A stretch of 64,000 bases of DNA from NCBI GenBank assembly GCA_013239625.1, contig MU054187.1:17228711-17292710 (forward strand), given 5' to 3'. Shown here in pieces: positions 22,746 through 37,000 of the stretch (position 1 is its first letter; each line of letters begins with the position of its first letter). Made by a program: the position numbers and the translations under genes. The notes beneath the pieces were generated by a model, which did not search any database, was not told the origin of the DNA, and saw only the letters and a list, made by a program, of their open reading frames with translations. This DNA comes from Lama guanicoe. Taxonomy: Eukaryota.

Positions 22746-25639
22746 TTTGCTATTTTTTGTTGCACCTGCTGGTTTTTTGTATTTTTATATTTTCATAATA
22801 AACATTTAACAAGAAATGTTTTGTCATGTAATTACTTTAAACCAAAACTTCCAATATGCTATAATAGATCCATAAAGCATCTTTTGTTTATACAGTATTT
22901 TTAAACCCTAAAAATAAATGCATTTGTGCAAAATCTGCAAATAAGAGAGTATTTCCATTTCCTTCCTTGAGTGGAATTTTGCCTATTTGAGAGTTGTATG
23001 GTACAATTATGTAGCGACACTTAACAGAGGATTTACCAATATCATTATGTAAGTTTGTCTTCACCACTCTTTGCCATAGTTGTTCACAAATTTGCATTTA
23101 TCCACAAAGCATTTTGACAGGAAACAATAAAATAACTCACGCAAACAAATATAATATTTGCAGGAAGCCCAAAATTAAACATGGCCACTACTAAAAAAAG
23201 AAAGTAAGGCAGAAGCATAAAATATGTATGAAATTATGTAAATAGGCTGGATAAAGTATTCCAACTAAACTTGACTACTAGTTTTCTGAAGGCTTGCCAA
23301 ATTCCAAATAAAAGCTGCATTGAGTAGAATGTTTAGACATCTGGATACTTTTTCTTTAAATTCCAGGAAAATATTCTGCATTTGGTTTGAAATGTGGCTA
23401 CCTAAGTCTCTCTTTCCACTACAGTCAAAATAGTTATTCTTTGTAATTTCCTGTTTGTCATATTACTTCTTTTCAACCAGCTGATGATCAAAGATACTCA
23501 CAATATTTTTTTAAACTGTTTTTCCTGCCTAATTTTCTAGTTAGTGCTTTAACAGGCTTGCATTGGCAAGCCAACTTTTCCTTTGACCTATTGAGGCTTT
23601 CAATCTTTAGACTTCACTCTGCTGCCAGAGCTATGCAATTTATTAAAATTAAATTGAACACTGCAAAAAATATTAACAAAGTTCAGCAGTTCACCAAATT
23701 TAATGTTGAAAATTATTTTTCCAGTCATGTTCATGTCGCAGGAAATTCTTTGAATACTGAATCTATCTTAGGCAATTTCATTCTATAATAAAACCAGGAA
23801 GTAGACCTTATACTGCTATGTGACTTTCTTCACAATCCCGCATGTTAACCTCTGGAAAACTAAATGTATTTAGTTTAGTTCTGTGACATAAACCACATTT
23901 GGTGTCCTTATTATTTCACTGAGAATCTCCCAGTCTGAGCCCTCGTTCAGTCAACATTTACTTAATCACATATTAATAAAATGCAGACAGTTAGGGCGGT
24001 ATTTGAGACATGGCTTTACACAGTTAATCCGACTTCTGAATAAAGACATTGGAATTCACACAAGTTAAACATGTGTTCAGTGGGAAATAACATGTCTTCA
24101 CAATATACTCAATCTACTTCTATATTATTGCTCACTTGCTTCTAAATGGCAATCAACATGTGCACAAAACAACATGGTGGATATAAAATGATGCTCCAGC
24201 TGAAAAGAGAATTATTTTTTGCTCACCTTTGAAAACTATCCAAAACTTGGACTTACAAATTACCAGGGTCTAGTGGCACATACAGTTAAGTTTATCCTTC
24301 ATTACATCACATAATGTTTTCTGAGTGTAGACTCTGTGGGAAATATTAAGCCCCATATGCTGTTTTTTGTCTCAATAACAAGTCATCATGTATCATCATC
24401 AAAGAATTGAGCTGTTTTTGCCTTATTTTTTGTTTATGGGTATTTAGAAACCATAATTCTTTGAGGCATTTATTATTATGAAAGAGAACTAGTTCTACAT
24501 TTAAGAAGAAATAAGTATATCTGTAAAACAAATGACATAAACATAAACGCACCCAGACCAATTCTGTGGGTACTCTTGCCATAGAAATGAGTTACTTGTT
24601 CCTTATATATCTCTTGATTTTACATGAATTTTTTTCCATGTATATACAAAAATAATTAGAATAAAGAATTTTTATAGAATGTTAATAGTCAGTAAATGGT
24701 GTTTGATATAAACAGACCATAGTATTAGGAAAAAAATTATTGTATTAAATGATTATTTCATAAGATAGTTTATTATGACTATAACCTGTGAAAAGTAAGC
24801 TTATGTAGGTAATCATTGATTATAAGAACTTTAAGACTGGGGACTTGAATGATCTCTTTATTATTTTGAGCTTTGAATATTAATAAAAATTATTAATACC
24901 GATTTAAATACTTTCTTGTGAAAACATATTGGTAGACTAGATAATGTTTTAGAGTGTTATTAAAATATAAAAATTCTGAAGTCAACAGAATGATCTTGAT
25001 AACCCGATTTCAGCGTCATCTCTGTCTTACAATTAGTTGTACATGGGATTACGTCTCTTCTAGGGTATCTTTGTGTTCCACTTGCCAAATAAAACCCGAA
25101 TAAAACCAGAAGTTAAAAAGCATATATGTTTTCTGTGCATAATGCCAATGACAGTGTATAGAGGGTCTTGTAAAGTAATGAAAGGACTTGGTTTAAAATA
25201 TCTTATTTATAATAATAGCTAATAAAGAAGACATCAGAAGAAGTATAAGTGAGAAATGTACAGTGATTTTATTTTCAGCATATGTTAATTAACCTTAGAT
25301 TAACACCCTTTAGTCATAAAAGAGTAATTCTTTAAGTTTTTTTATATTAACAATAAAATATTTAAGCATTGGTTCTGTCTACTGGGGATGGAATATGGTT
25401 AGAGAAAGCAGAAAAATTGTTGTATGTTTGATGATAGAATGGGGGTTTGAAAGTGGGGGCTGAGGAATAAATAATCATTACACAACTAGACAAATGACTC
25501 ATTAACTTAAAAAGTTTTTTTATTTCAGTTTATTGTTAGTTCTATAAATTTCTACCATCACAATAGAAATTAATGTTATTTTCAATAAACCATTTTACAA
25601 AGCAGAAATTTTAGCAATTGTTTAATGCTGGAGAAGTGT

Positions 25640-27550
25640 AGAACAGAGTCAGGGCTACCGAAGTAACTAAGACGTGTGGAACCCAGAGTTGATTGAAAAG
25701 TGAAGTTCAAAGAAGCGAACTTGATATTCAGTAATTTTGCTTCTCAGCATTAGAAAAATTATTAAATGGCACAGAAAAAGAATCCCAAGACCCTTCTGAA
25801 ATGGAGAGTGAAACTTTATACAGTCTCATGCTCCAGAAAACAAAAAATATAAAAGAAAAAGTCCTCAATAAACACCACAGCTCTCATTTAGGATCCCTGG
25901 AGAGCTATGTTCTAAGAGCCAGAGTAAACCAGAGATGAGCAGAACTTGATAAAAAGTCTAATCCAAGTTTATCAGGTGATTGAAGGTAATTTCCAGTGAA
26001 TGAAGGTAATTTCCTCTAACACTGTTAGCCTATCAGAGGAAAATCTAAACCTGTCTGGAGGAAGATCAACATCACTAAAAATCGATATTATTTCTCATAT
26101 AGAAAGCATGATATTCAATCAAAAATTAATAGGTCAACCAAGAAATGAGCACAAACACAAACGCAAACAACAGTAACAAAAGAAACCGGACAATAGAAAC
26201 AGACTTAGAGTTATTACTAAATCATAGAATTTGAAATAGTTGTGCTAAATGTGTTAAAAAAAAACAGATTAAAATGTCACCAAAATTTAAATTTTCAAAA
26301 ATAATTAAATGGAGCACCTACCAATTTAAAAATGCAATTTTTAAATGATGATGCACTTGGGAGAAGACGGACATAGCAGAAGGTAAAATTATTGAACTGA
26401 AAGAGAGATGGAGGGAAAGTATCCAGGATGATGCTCAGAGAGTACAAAGAAAAGAGAACACATAATAAAGCATAAGAAACAATATAATAATATATGTAAT
26501 TGTAGTCTTAGAAGAGAAGGAGAGAGAAAACAAGGCAAAACTATATTTTAATAAATATTGGCTGAGAATTTGAAAATGATGACAAATATAGGCCACATAA
26601 TCAAAGATCTGTACGAATGTAAAAATAAAAACCAAAGAATACATTTGAAAAGCAGATCAGTGGAAAAAAATTGCATTACTTTTAAAGCAGCAGTAATAAG
26701 AGAAGTATCTCACTTATTAAAATTAATAATGTAAAAATACTACATAGTGTTATATTGCTTTTTAAGTCCTAAAGAAAAGCAACCCAGAAGTACATGCTTA
26801 GCAAAAATTTCTCTCAAGATTGGAGAAAAAATTAAAAAGAAACACACAACAGCAAATCTGAAAGGTAAACTACATTAAAAGGAATAATAAAGGGGGTGCC
26901 TCAGGCAGAAGGAAAATGGTCTTAGTTAGAAACAGGAAAATACTGAAAGGCATGAAGAGCAATGGAGATGGCAAATACATGGGCTGATCTAAATAAATAC
27001 TGACTACACTATTTAATAATAATAGTAATAATGTCTTTGGGGTACCAAATGCAGAATTAAAATTAGTGGCATAACAACATAAAAGGCAGAAATAAAAATA
27101 TGCAATTAAAAGGATCTAAATACTAGCACTGCTTATTAACAGTAGATAGTAGTATGATAAAATTGCATTTTAGTGATCTCCAGAGGAATATAAAAAAATG
27201 GTTAAAAAAAGGTAATTTATAAGTCAATAGAGGTGGAAAATAGACTAATCCAAATATTTGAAAAAAATAGAAAAAGTAAAAAAAATAGAAAAACAAATTA
27301 TATGATATATACATATAAACCCATACATGTCATTATTTATATTAAGTATAAATGGATTGATTGTTCCATTTAAAACACCAGCAGAATGGATTAAAAATAA
27401 AATTAAATGCTTCTTGAAAGAGATATATCTGCAATATAGGGACACAGAAAGTGGAAAAGAAAAAGACTAAGAAAATGATGACATGTATGCAAACACAAAG
27501 CAAATAAATCCAGTGTAATTTAATCCATATTAGACAATGTGGAGTTACAG
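25640..27550 (+). mobile_element. old L1 5'/ORF1/ORF2-start remnant (recopied at 27868-29620)
   Basis: ORF1 landmarks (ATAGCAGAAGGTAAAATTATTGAACTGAAAG, GGCTGAGAATTTG) and ORF2 start (AATGGATTGATTGTTCCATTTAAAA..GCAGAATGGATTAAAAA). Confidence 0.65.
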
Positions 27551-29938
27551 GCACAATGTGTGATGTCTGATACCTGCTAGGACAAAGTTAAGTTGTTGCT
27601 TTTAGAAAAATGTACCTGGTCTTCAAATCATCAAGTCAAATTGGTCAGAAATGAATAATACTAAAAAAAACTGGTTAAACTTGACAGAATAAAATAGGCT
27701 TCTGAGCCAAGGTAGGGGTAGATAGCTAGAAGATAGCACTTAATGATGGATATACCAGAAAAACTGAGAAATTGAGAATATTTTTACTTTTCTTGGTTCT
27801 TAAAATTATGGCATAAGTTTTCTAAAGAACAGGATTACAGAAACTGTTAATTCTGCACAGAAAGTACATGGAGAGTGAAACTTTATACAGTCTCATGCTC
27901 CAGAAAACAAAAAATATAAAAGAAAAAGTCCTCAATAAACACCACAGCTCTCATTTAGGATCCCTGGAGAGCTATGTTCTAAGAGCCAGAGTAAACCAGA
28001 GATGAGCAGAACTTGATAAAAAGTCTAATCCAAGTTTATCAGGTGATTGAAGGTAATTTCCAGTGAATGAAGGTAATTTCCTCTAACACTGTTAGCCTAT
28101 CAGAGGAAAATCTAAACCTGTCTGGAGGAAGATCAACATCACCAAAAATCGATATTATTTCTCATATAGAAAGCATGATATTCAATCAAAAATTAATAGG
28201 TCAACCAAGAAATGAGCACAAACACAAACGCAAACAACAGTAACAAAAGAAACCGGACAATAGAAACAGACTTAGAGTTATTAGTAAATCATAGAATTTA
28301 AAATAGTTGTGCTAAATGTGTTTAAAAAAAACAGATTAAAATGTCACCAAAATTTAGGTTTTTTCAAAAATAATTAAATGGAGCACCTACCAATTTAAAA
28401 ATGCAATTTTTAAATGATGATGCACTTGGGAGAAGACGGACATAGCAGAAGGTAAAATTATTGAACTGAAAGAGAGATGGAGGGAAAGTATCCAGGATGA
28501 TGCTCAGAGAGTACAAAGAAAAGAGAACACATAATAAAGCATAAGAAACAATATAATAATATATGTAATTGTAGTCTTAGAAGAGAAGGAGAGAGAAAAC
28601 AAGGCAAAACTATATTTTAATAAATATTGGCTGAGAATTTGAAAATGATGACAAATATAGGCCACATAATCAAAGATCTGTACGAATGTAAAAATAAAAA
28701 CCAAAGAATACATTTGAAAAGCAGATCAGTGGAAAAAAATTGCATTACTTTTAAAGCAGCAGTAATAAGAGAAGTATCTCACTTATTAAAATTAATAATG
28801 TAAAAATACTACATAGTGTTATATTGCTTTTTAAGTCCTAAAAAAAAGCAACCCAGAAGTACATGCTTAGCAAAAATTTCTCTCAAGATTGGAGAAAAAA
28901 TTAAAAAGAAACACACAACAGCAAATCTGAAAGGTAAACTACATTAAAAGGAATAATAAAGGGGGTGCCTCAGGCAGAAGGAAAATGGTCTTAGTTAGAA
29001 ACAGGAAAATACTGAAAGGCATGAAGAGCAATGGAGATGGCAAATACATGGGCTGATCTAAATAAATACTGACTACACTATTTAATAATAATAGTAATAA
29101 TGTCTTTGGGGTACCAAATGCAGAATTAAAATTAGTGGCATAACAACATAAAAGGCAGAAATAAAAATATGCAATTAAAAGGATCTAAATACTAGCATTG
29201 CTTATTAACAGTAGATAGTAGTATGATAAAATTGCATTTTAGTGATCTCCAGAGGAATATAAAAAAATGGTTAAAAAAAGGTAATTTATAAGTCAATAGA
29301 GGTGGAAAATAGACTAATCCAAATATTTGAAAAAAATAGAAAAAGTAAAAAAAATAGAAAAACAAATTATATGATATATACATATAAACCCATACATGTC
29401 ATTATTTATATTAAGTATAAATGGGTTGATTGTTCCATTTAAAACACCAGCAGAATGGATTAAAAATAAAATTAAATGCTTCTTGAAAGAGATATATCTG
29501 AAATATAGGGACACAGAAAGTGGAAAAGAAAAAGACTAAGAAAATGATGACATGTATGCAAACACAAAGCAAATAAATCCAGTGTAATTTAATCCATATT
29601 AGACAATGTGGAGTTACAGGCACAATGTGAGATGTCTGATACCTGCTAGGACAAAGTTAAATTATTGCTTTTAGAAAAATATACCTGGTCTTCAAATCAT
29701 CAAATCAAATTGGTCAGAAATGAATAATACTAAAAAAAACTGGTTAAACTTGACAGAATATAATAGGCTTCTGAGCCAAGGTAGGGGTAGATAGCTAGAA
29801 GATAGCACTTAATGATGGATATACCAGAAAAACTGAGAAATTGAGAATATTTTTACTTTTCTTGGTTCTTAAAATTATGGCATAAGTTTTCTAAAGAACA
29901 GGATTACAGAAACTGTTAATTCTGCACAGAAAGTACAT
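25801..29938 (+). repeat. head-to-tail tandem duplication of a ~2.07-kb unit (25801-27867 and 27868-29936)
   Basis: Both copies start ATGGAGAGTGAAACTTTATA and end CTGCACAGAAAGTAC; ORF track repeats at +2069; about 15-20 differences seen by eye. Confidence 0.98.
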
Positions 29939-31596
29939 AAGAACATGAAATTAGACCCAGTTTTATTAGAGTCCAGACCACTACTTGCCTTTGTGGCCTT
30001 GGTAAATTAGTTATCCACTGCAGATAAATTCAGGGATCCAGGTTGTGGAGAAGCAGGTTTGGGCCTCTGGGTGGGCACAACCCATTTGCTATCTTAAAAC
30101 TTTGTGCTCATAGGAAGATGTTATGCTAGAAAAACACACTTGAGGGTTTCTCTAAAGCAAAGATCAAGGCAGGGTCTTCTCGAGTCTAAGGAAGTCCTGT
30201 TCACTTAGAACACGTCAAGTTTTAGTATTTAATGTTTACCATGTTTATCATCCCTCTTTTATTTCTTGTAGTCTGAGATTAGTTCACGACCATTTATGAA
30301 TTATTACACCGGCACTAACAAGGAGCAGATAAAGATGCAGGTGAATTTCTGAGATGCTAAGAAAGTGATTTTCATTTCATTTGCTTCAAGCACTGCTATC
30401 ATCTCATCTCTCTAAAAATTTGATTTGATTGTTAAATGCCCTAGGGAAGTAATTTCAAGAGCGCCATTAATAGCATAGTGTTATATACCCGTTTTATCAC
30501 TGTACTGTTATTTTCAGGCTCAGCACATACACTTTACTAGATGTTCATGCTCACATAGAATTTCCCTCAAATTAATCCAGGCTGATGACAAGTTTACAAT
30601 TCTGGGAGCTCTTTAGGCTAAAGAAATATGACATTAACATCAGAAAACATACAAAGAAATATTTTATTCAAACCTAAATGGAAATGGTAGGATTACTATG
30701 TCAGTGTCTTTATTTTGCCAGCATTTGATTACACGGTCAACACTATATTATCTGCAGGCAACTTTTCATCGTTTCCGTTAATCTGAGCTACATCTTGTCA
30801 TCACTTTTTTCTTTGTCATTGTTATTGAATTTTATGGAAATCCCTTGTTAACTTTCCCCACCTTTTACTCATGAACATTTTTAGCCCGGCATTAAAGAAA
30901 TGCTATTGCACACTTTAAAAACTCAAACGCAAAATTGTCTTCCCTGCCAGCCTTTTCCCTCTAACTTCACCAAGGATAAATGTGAAGGAGAAACAGGAAT
31001 CTTAGGGTGAAGTCACATTGAATCTTTCACTCATTTTGGGAAGTGACAACAAAGAAAGAGTAGAACAAATGAATGGTATAAGGACACTACATAACTTTTC
31101 CCACTTTTCTGATTCAATCTTTTAAAATATAGTTTATCATGGTGTCTAGTTGAGGGTCAGTGCACAGTAGGAACTCAATATTTTATATGTATGTATATAT
31201 CTGTAGCTGATGATAGCTATATCTACATGCCTATTACTGTATGTATATCTATATTTGAAATAAAACTCCCAATAGAGGCAACTTTTGCTACTTTTCATTG
31301 CTGTTGCATCAGTTCCTTCCATCAGATTTCAAAAAATGTGTTTCACACTGGCAACTAGTGAACTAAACCGGAGAAATGAGACATCAGTGACATATAGGAC
31401 ACAAGGAGGTGTGTCTGATTGCAATGACAAGGTTGCCTTAGTAGTTTATGATTTAGTGAAGTGAAACTTCTGTCTCAAGAATACAGATTGTATCTGTTTT
31501 GTGATGTAGGCATTGATCACTCTAAGCAATGGGGGAAAATAGCCACTCTAACTTTCAATTTCATAAACACTGTGTAATAGTACAATGTAAATAAGT

Positions 31597-31782
31597 CTTA
31601 TCTATCTATGTATCTATGTATGTGTACGTATGTATGTATGCATATATGTATGTATCTATCTATCACTATCCATCCATCTAGCTCTATCTCTACAGATATA
31701 GATACATGTATATGCAAATATATTCATTTGTATATATGTATATGATACATGTATGTATACACATGTGTGTATATATATATTC
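31597..31782. repeat. compound (TCTA)/(TATG)/(TA) low-complexity microsatellite
   Basis: TATCTATCTATGTATCTATGTATGTG..TATCTATCTATC..ATATATATAT read directly. Confidence 0.85.
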
Positions 31783-33884
31783 ATGTTCAGGAGATTAATA
31801 ATCACATTCAGAATTAAAAGTATGAGACCAATTGAAAGGACCATAGGTTATTTACATTAACTATTCATTTTTTGAAGCTTATGGAACACTTCTTAGAAGA
31901 CATGGATTTATAATTGTCAAAACATGATCAAAAAAAGTCTGGGTTTTGGTAAATGAATCCTGCTAAATTTTAAAAATATCAAAAATAATGTAATAAAAAC
32001 AAGATAAAATTCAGAAACCTCAAAAGAATTTAAGAAAAACAAATTAAATTATGTAAATATTGTTCTCCTTCACTTTACTGAATATCCTTGTTACTATGTC
32101 TTAATATTTCAATTCTAAAGAATACTAAAGTCTTTTCAATATTAAAAACTACTTTTTCTTTAAGTAACTTCAAAATAGATTGACTACAGACTGAAATGCT
32201 ACCTCAACTATTGTTTTAAAATAGCAATAAAGACATCTGTCTTAGAATCAGGTAATAAGCGATGGAACAAAAACAATCATTCCAGCAAACAATTTCATTC
32301 ACTTGCTTCTGGAAGTACCATGTTTTCTTTTCTGTGTGCAGACATTTTTGCGTGTTTTAAATTTGGAATCTGTGATTCTACAAACAAAATATGCTCTAGA
32401 AATCAATTGAAGCAAATGGAAATTATATTATTTTTGTTATTATAGCTGCAGTGTGATAAATTAACTTCACCGAGTCTAAGAAACCGCTTAGCACAGAGGA
32501 AGGGGTTACTGGCACATAAGACCCATTGTTCACAAAGAGTTAATCTAGTCTCTGTGGTGAAGCACTTTACTCTCAGAAAGCTCTTTCTCTTCACTCCTGT
32601 TAACCATAGGAATAGGCCAATTGATAATAATATATATCTCTGAAACTGCTGTGATGAATAAACATCTCTCCAAATTACTCGAATTAATTTCAGCAGGCTG
32701 CAAAATTTTCTATTATGGATTTTTTTTTAGTCCATCTTTGTTCAGATGAGAGATTTTCACAGACGAAAGCTTTTCCTTAGGCTCGCATGCCGAAACCTGG
32801 GCAAATGTGAAAAGCTGTGGCATTGAAACGTCACGAAATGGGCCATTAAGCATGCACAAATATCTTGGCTAGTAGCATTCAGCTATAGTCTCCAATATTA
32901 AGCGTTCCTATTTCCATCTTAGCTCTCTATTTACAATAAATATCATAATTAAATACCACTGTTTCTTTTCCCTTTGATCTTTGATACATATAAATAGGTA
33001 CTTGGTAAGGAAGGTGCTTTTTGTAATTTTGAGAGCCTTCATTGTTATTATTACTTTCCAGACATTTTTTCAATACTCCAAATCTTCCTTGAAATGTCTC
33101 ATTTATATAGGTATCCTCCCCCAAGAAACTCAAAACACTAAGAATAAGGCATATCAGCTACCCTTGTTGTGAAGGCAGAAACGGAACTTTTCTTTTTCCA
33201 GGTGACAAGCCTGTTAGATATTTTATGCCAAGGATTTTCAACATGGACTCTCACCAACTGAGTTAAAGATTTACAGTAATAATCAGAATTGAGGCAGAAA
33301 AAAAAAGCCCTTTTATAAAAGGACTCTGTGACTGTGCTTTAATAGTCCGAATCATTTCTTCAGTTTATTCTGAAACTGTATGCTTGTAACATTAAGTTGA
33401 CTTTTACTGAGTCTTAAAGAAATGAGGGTGCATGTAAGAACCTTAAGATGTGAACAGAAAATGCTGTACCCAGCTCTCTTCTGTTTCTTAGGGCTTTGGA
33501 TTTTCGTAGGAATCTTAAGTTTCAGAGAAACTCAGATATTTGAATCCTTTACTGTATTCAATGGGAAGATTAAAACACTGTAAACTTTGGCAATTAGCAT
33601 TTTAAAGGGAACTATAATGGAAGTTTAACAACGTCTCAAAACTCTGTGTGTGATTGTCTCACTGTGATCTTTCTGTGAGAAATCACATAGAGAATGAAAA
33701 TACCCACAAATTTTCAGGGTAAGAAAACATTTTGTAGTCTTTCTCTTCTATTTCAAAAATGTCATTTGATGCTAAAAGCATCAGTGTCTTGGAACACATA
33801 GGGAATCATACTGTTCTTAGGTCCTGTAATGGTAATATGAGTGTGACATTTGTGATAAAGGCAAAGGCAATTTTCTATAGAATA

Positions 33885-34025
33885 TGAATTTATTTCATTA
33901 TTCACTCAGTCAATAAATGTTCATTAAGTGCCTTCCAGATTTATCGAATATTCTGGATTCTGGATACATAATAGTGAACAAGACATGAGATTCTTGAAAT
34001 TGGAGGTGACTTACATATCGCTAGA
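33885..34025 (-). mobile_element. L2 3' tail
   Basis: ATTCACTCAGTCAATAAATGTTCATTAAGTGCC..TGGATACATAATAGTGAACAAGACA is the antisense L2 end. Confidence 0.7.
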
Positions 34026-37000
34026 GTATCAGAAACACAGATCTACACAAAGTAAGGAAGAGCATAAGAGAAGAAATAAGTGAAGTTAAACTAAAAAGTT
34101 TTATTTTCTAATTCTTTATTGATATAATTGATAAAAGTTCAAAATAATAATAGCAACAGTGTTGTTGACTGTGTGTGCCAATTTATGTGTTTATATATGC
34201 ACATACACATATATTATGCTTATGTATGCTCATGTACAATTGCAATGAATAATAACAATGACACAAGGGACAGGAGGCAAGAATTAGGGTTATTTTGTTT
34301 TTATAAGTTACTCACAATACCCATGAGAGCTATAGTGCTATTGAAGTGAACTTGGATTCATTGTAAATATGTATTGCAAATGCTAATTTAAGAAGTATAA
34401 CTGACATGCTAAGAAAGGAGAGAAAGTGCAATCATATAAAATGCTAAATTAAAACCACAAAAAACAGGGGGAAATGGAGGAGAAAAAAAGAAACAAAGAA
34501 CAGGGACAACAAATAGAAAAGAATAAAAAATACAGTAGTTAGTAATCCAAATATATCAATAATCATTTTGAACTTTAATGATTTCAGTGCACCAATTAAA
34601 AGACAAAGATGTCAGAGTGGATCAAAACTCAAGAACTAACTATATGTTGCTTACAAGAAATCTACTTTAAATATTAAAACAGATATAGATTAAATTGATG
34701 AAGAAAGATATACCATGGTAATACTAATTTAAAAAAAAACTATTAATCAACTTGATCTAATGGATATATATAATCTGCTTCATCCAGCAACAGCAGAATA
34801 CCTATTTTTTCTAAGCTAACATGTAATATTCAGTAAGATAGATTATATTTTTAACATTGACAATATTAAAAAAATAAAAATCATACAATATGTGCTTTCA
34901 AAAATAAATAACAGAGAATTAGTCAGAAAATCTCCCAATACTTGGAGATGTAAAGACAAACTTCTAAATACCATATAGGTTAAAGAGAAATCTCAAGAAA
35001 AATTTTAAAATATTTTGAACTAAATAAAAATGAAAACACAAATTTGTGGGACATAACAAAAGCAATGCTTAGAGGAAAATGAATAGCAATGAATACATAT
35101 ATTTGAAAAGAAGAAAGGTCTAAAGTCAATAATCTAAACTTCTACCATAGGAAACTAGAAAAAGAAGAGCAAATTACAAAATAAGCAGAAGAAAATAAAT
35201 AAAAATTAGAACAGAAATCAATGAAATTGGACATAGGAAATCAATAAAATCTACTACACACAAAAAAATGCATTTTTTTTGAAAAGATAAATAAAATTGA
35301 TCAGCCTTTAGCCAAGCTAACTAAGAAGAAAAAAAAGAGGGAGAATTTACATTACTAATATCAGAAATGAAAGTGGTGACATCACTACAGATCCAATAGA
35401 CATTAAAAAATAGAATAAAGATATAATAAAGGATAGTATGAGCAACTCCATGCCCAGAAATTTCATGACTTACGTAAAATGGACCAATTCCTTGAATGAC
35501 ACAATCTGCCAAAACTCACACAAAGAAATAAACTGAACAGGTCTGTATCTATTAAAGAAATTAAATGAATTATTAATAATTCTCTAAAACAGAAAGATCA
35601 GGCCCAGATGGGTTCCTTGTGAATTCTACCAAATATTTATGGAAGAAATTATTCTCTACAATCTCTTTCAGGAGATAAAAGCAGAGGGAATACCTTCTAG
35701 ATCATTTTGTTAGGTTAGCATTGCCCTATACCAAGACCAGACAAAGACAATTCAAGAACAGGAAACTACGTACCAGTATCTGTCCAGAACATAGATGCAA
35801 AAATCCTCAATAAAATATAAGCACATCCAATCAATGTATAAAAGTCATTGCATGCCATGACCAAGTGAGATTTATTACAAGTATTCTTCCTAGTTCAATA
35901 TTTGAAAGTCAGTTAGTGTAATCCATGACATTAACAGGGTAAAAAAGCCCAGAAATCACATGATCATATCAATAAATGTAGAAAAAGTATTTGACAAAAT
36001 CCAGTGCCCACTGATTTAAAAATGTCAATAAGCTAGGAAGAAGAGGAACTTACTTAATTTGATAAACAATATTTACAAAAACTTGACAGCAAATGTGATC
36101 ATTAATGGTGAAAATCTGAAAGCTTTCTCATTAAGATCAGATATGACAAGGTTATTCCCTCTTATCAGTGTTTTCAGCATTGTAACGGGAGTCTTAGCCA
36201 ATGTAATAAATAAGAAAAGGAAATAAAAGGCATACAGATTGGCAAGAAAGAAATAAAACTGCTTTCGTTCACAGATGACATGATTATGTAGAAAATCTAA
36301 AAGAACAAGAGCAACAATAAAAAAAAAAAACAAAACACCTCCTAGAACCAGTGATTTATAGTAAGGCTGCAGGGTTCAGTGTTAACATACAAAAGTCAGT
36401 CACTTCCAGCAGTGAATCATAAATTTGAAATTAAAAACTTTGTGTCATTTATAATAGAACCACTAAAATTAAAATGCCTAATGTATATCTAAAAAAAAGT
36501 ACAGAGCTATAGAAAGAAAACTATGTATCTCTGATGTGAGGTATCAAGCAGAACTCAATAAATGGAGCGATATTCCATGTTCAAGGATAGGGAGACTTAA
36601 CCTTGTCAAGAAATTAACTCTTCTCAACTTGATCTATAGATTCATGCAATATTGCTCAAAATCACAGGAAGCTACCCTGTAACTATTAACAAACTGGTTC
36701 TAAAGTTTATATAGAGAAATGAAAGACTCAGGACAGACAATCTCTTAACGCAAGAGATCAAAGGTGTAAGACTGACACTACCTCACTCAAGACATACTAT
36801 AATATTACACTAGTCAAGTGGCATAGTTGAAAAAAAAATAGGCAAATAGATCAATGCCACAGAGTTGAGAGCTCAGAAAAAGACACACATAATAAATATT
36901 TTCAACCAACCTTTGACAAAGAATCAAAGGCAGTGCAATGAAGCAAATATGATCCTGGTACTGGAACAATTAGACATCCACACACACAAAAATCTAGACA

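Noticed and set aside
25976..26014. 20-bp repeat GTGA(T/A)TGAAGGTAATTTCC, seen four times across the duplication, as a CRISPR-like array
   Set aside because: A simple two-copy tandem repeat carried along by the 2-kb duplication; no unique spacers, and the DNA is eukaryotic.
26435..29623. Pairs of identical hydrophobic ORFs as a duplicated membrane-protein gene
   Set aside because: They are antisense translations of A-rich L1 sequence repeated by the tandem duplication.
33185..33275. Strong plus-strand acceptor CTTTTCTTTTTCCAG|GTGAC
   Set aside because: The following GTGAC is a weak donor, all three frames close within ~70 nt, and there is no good downstream donor.
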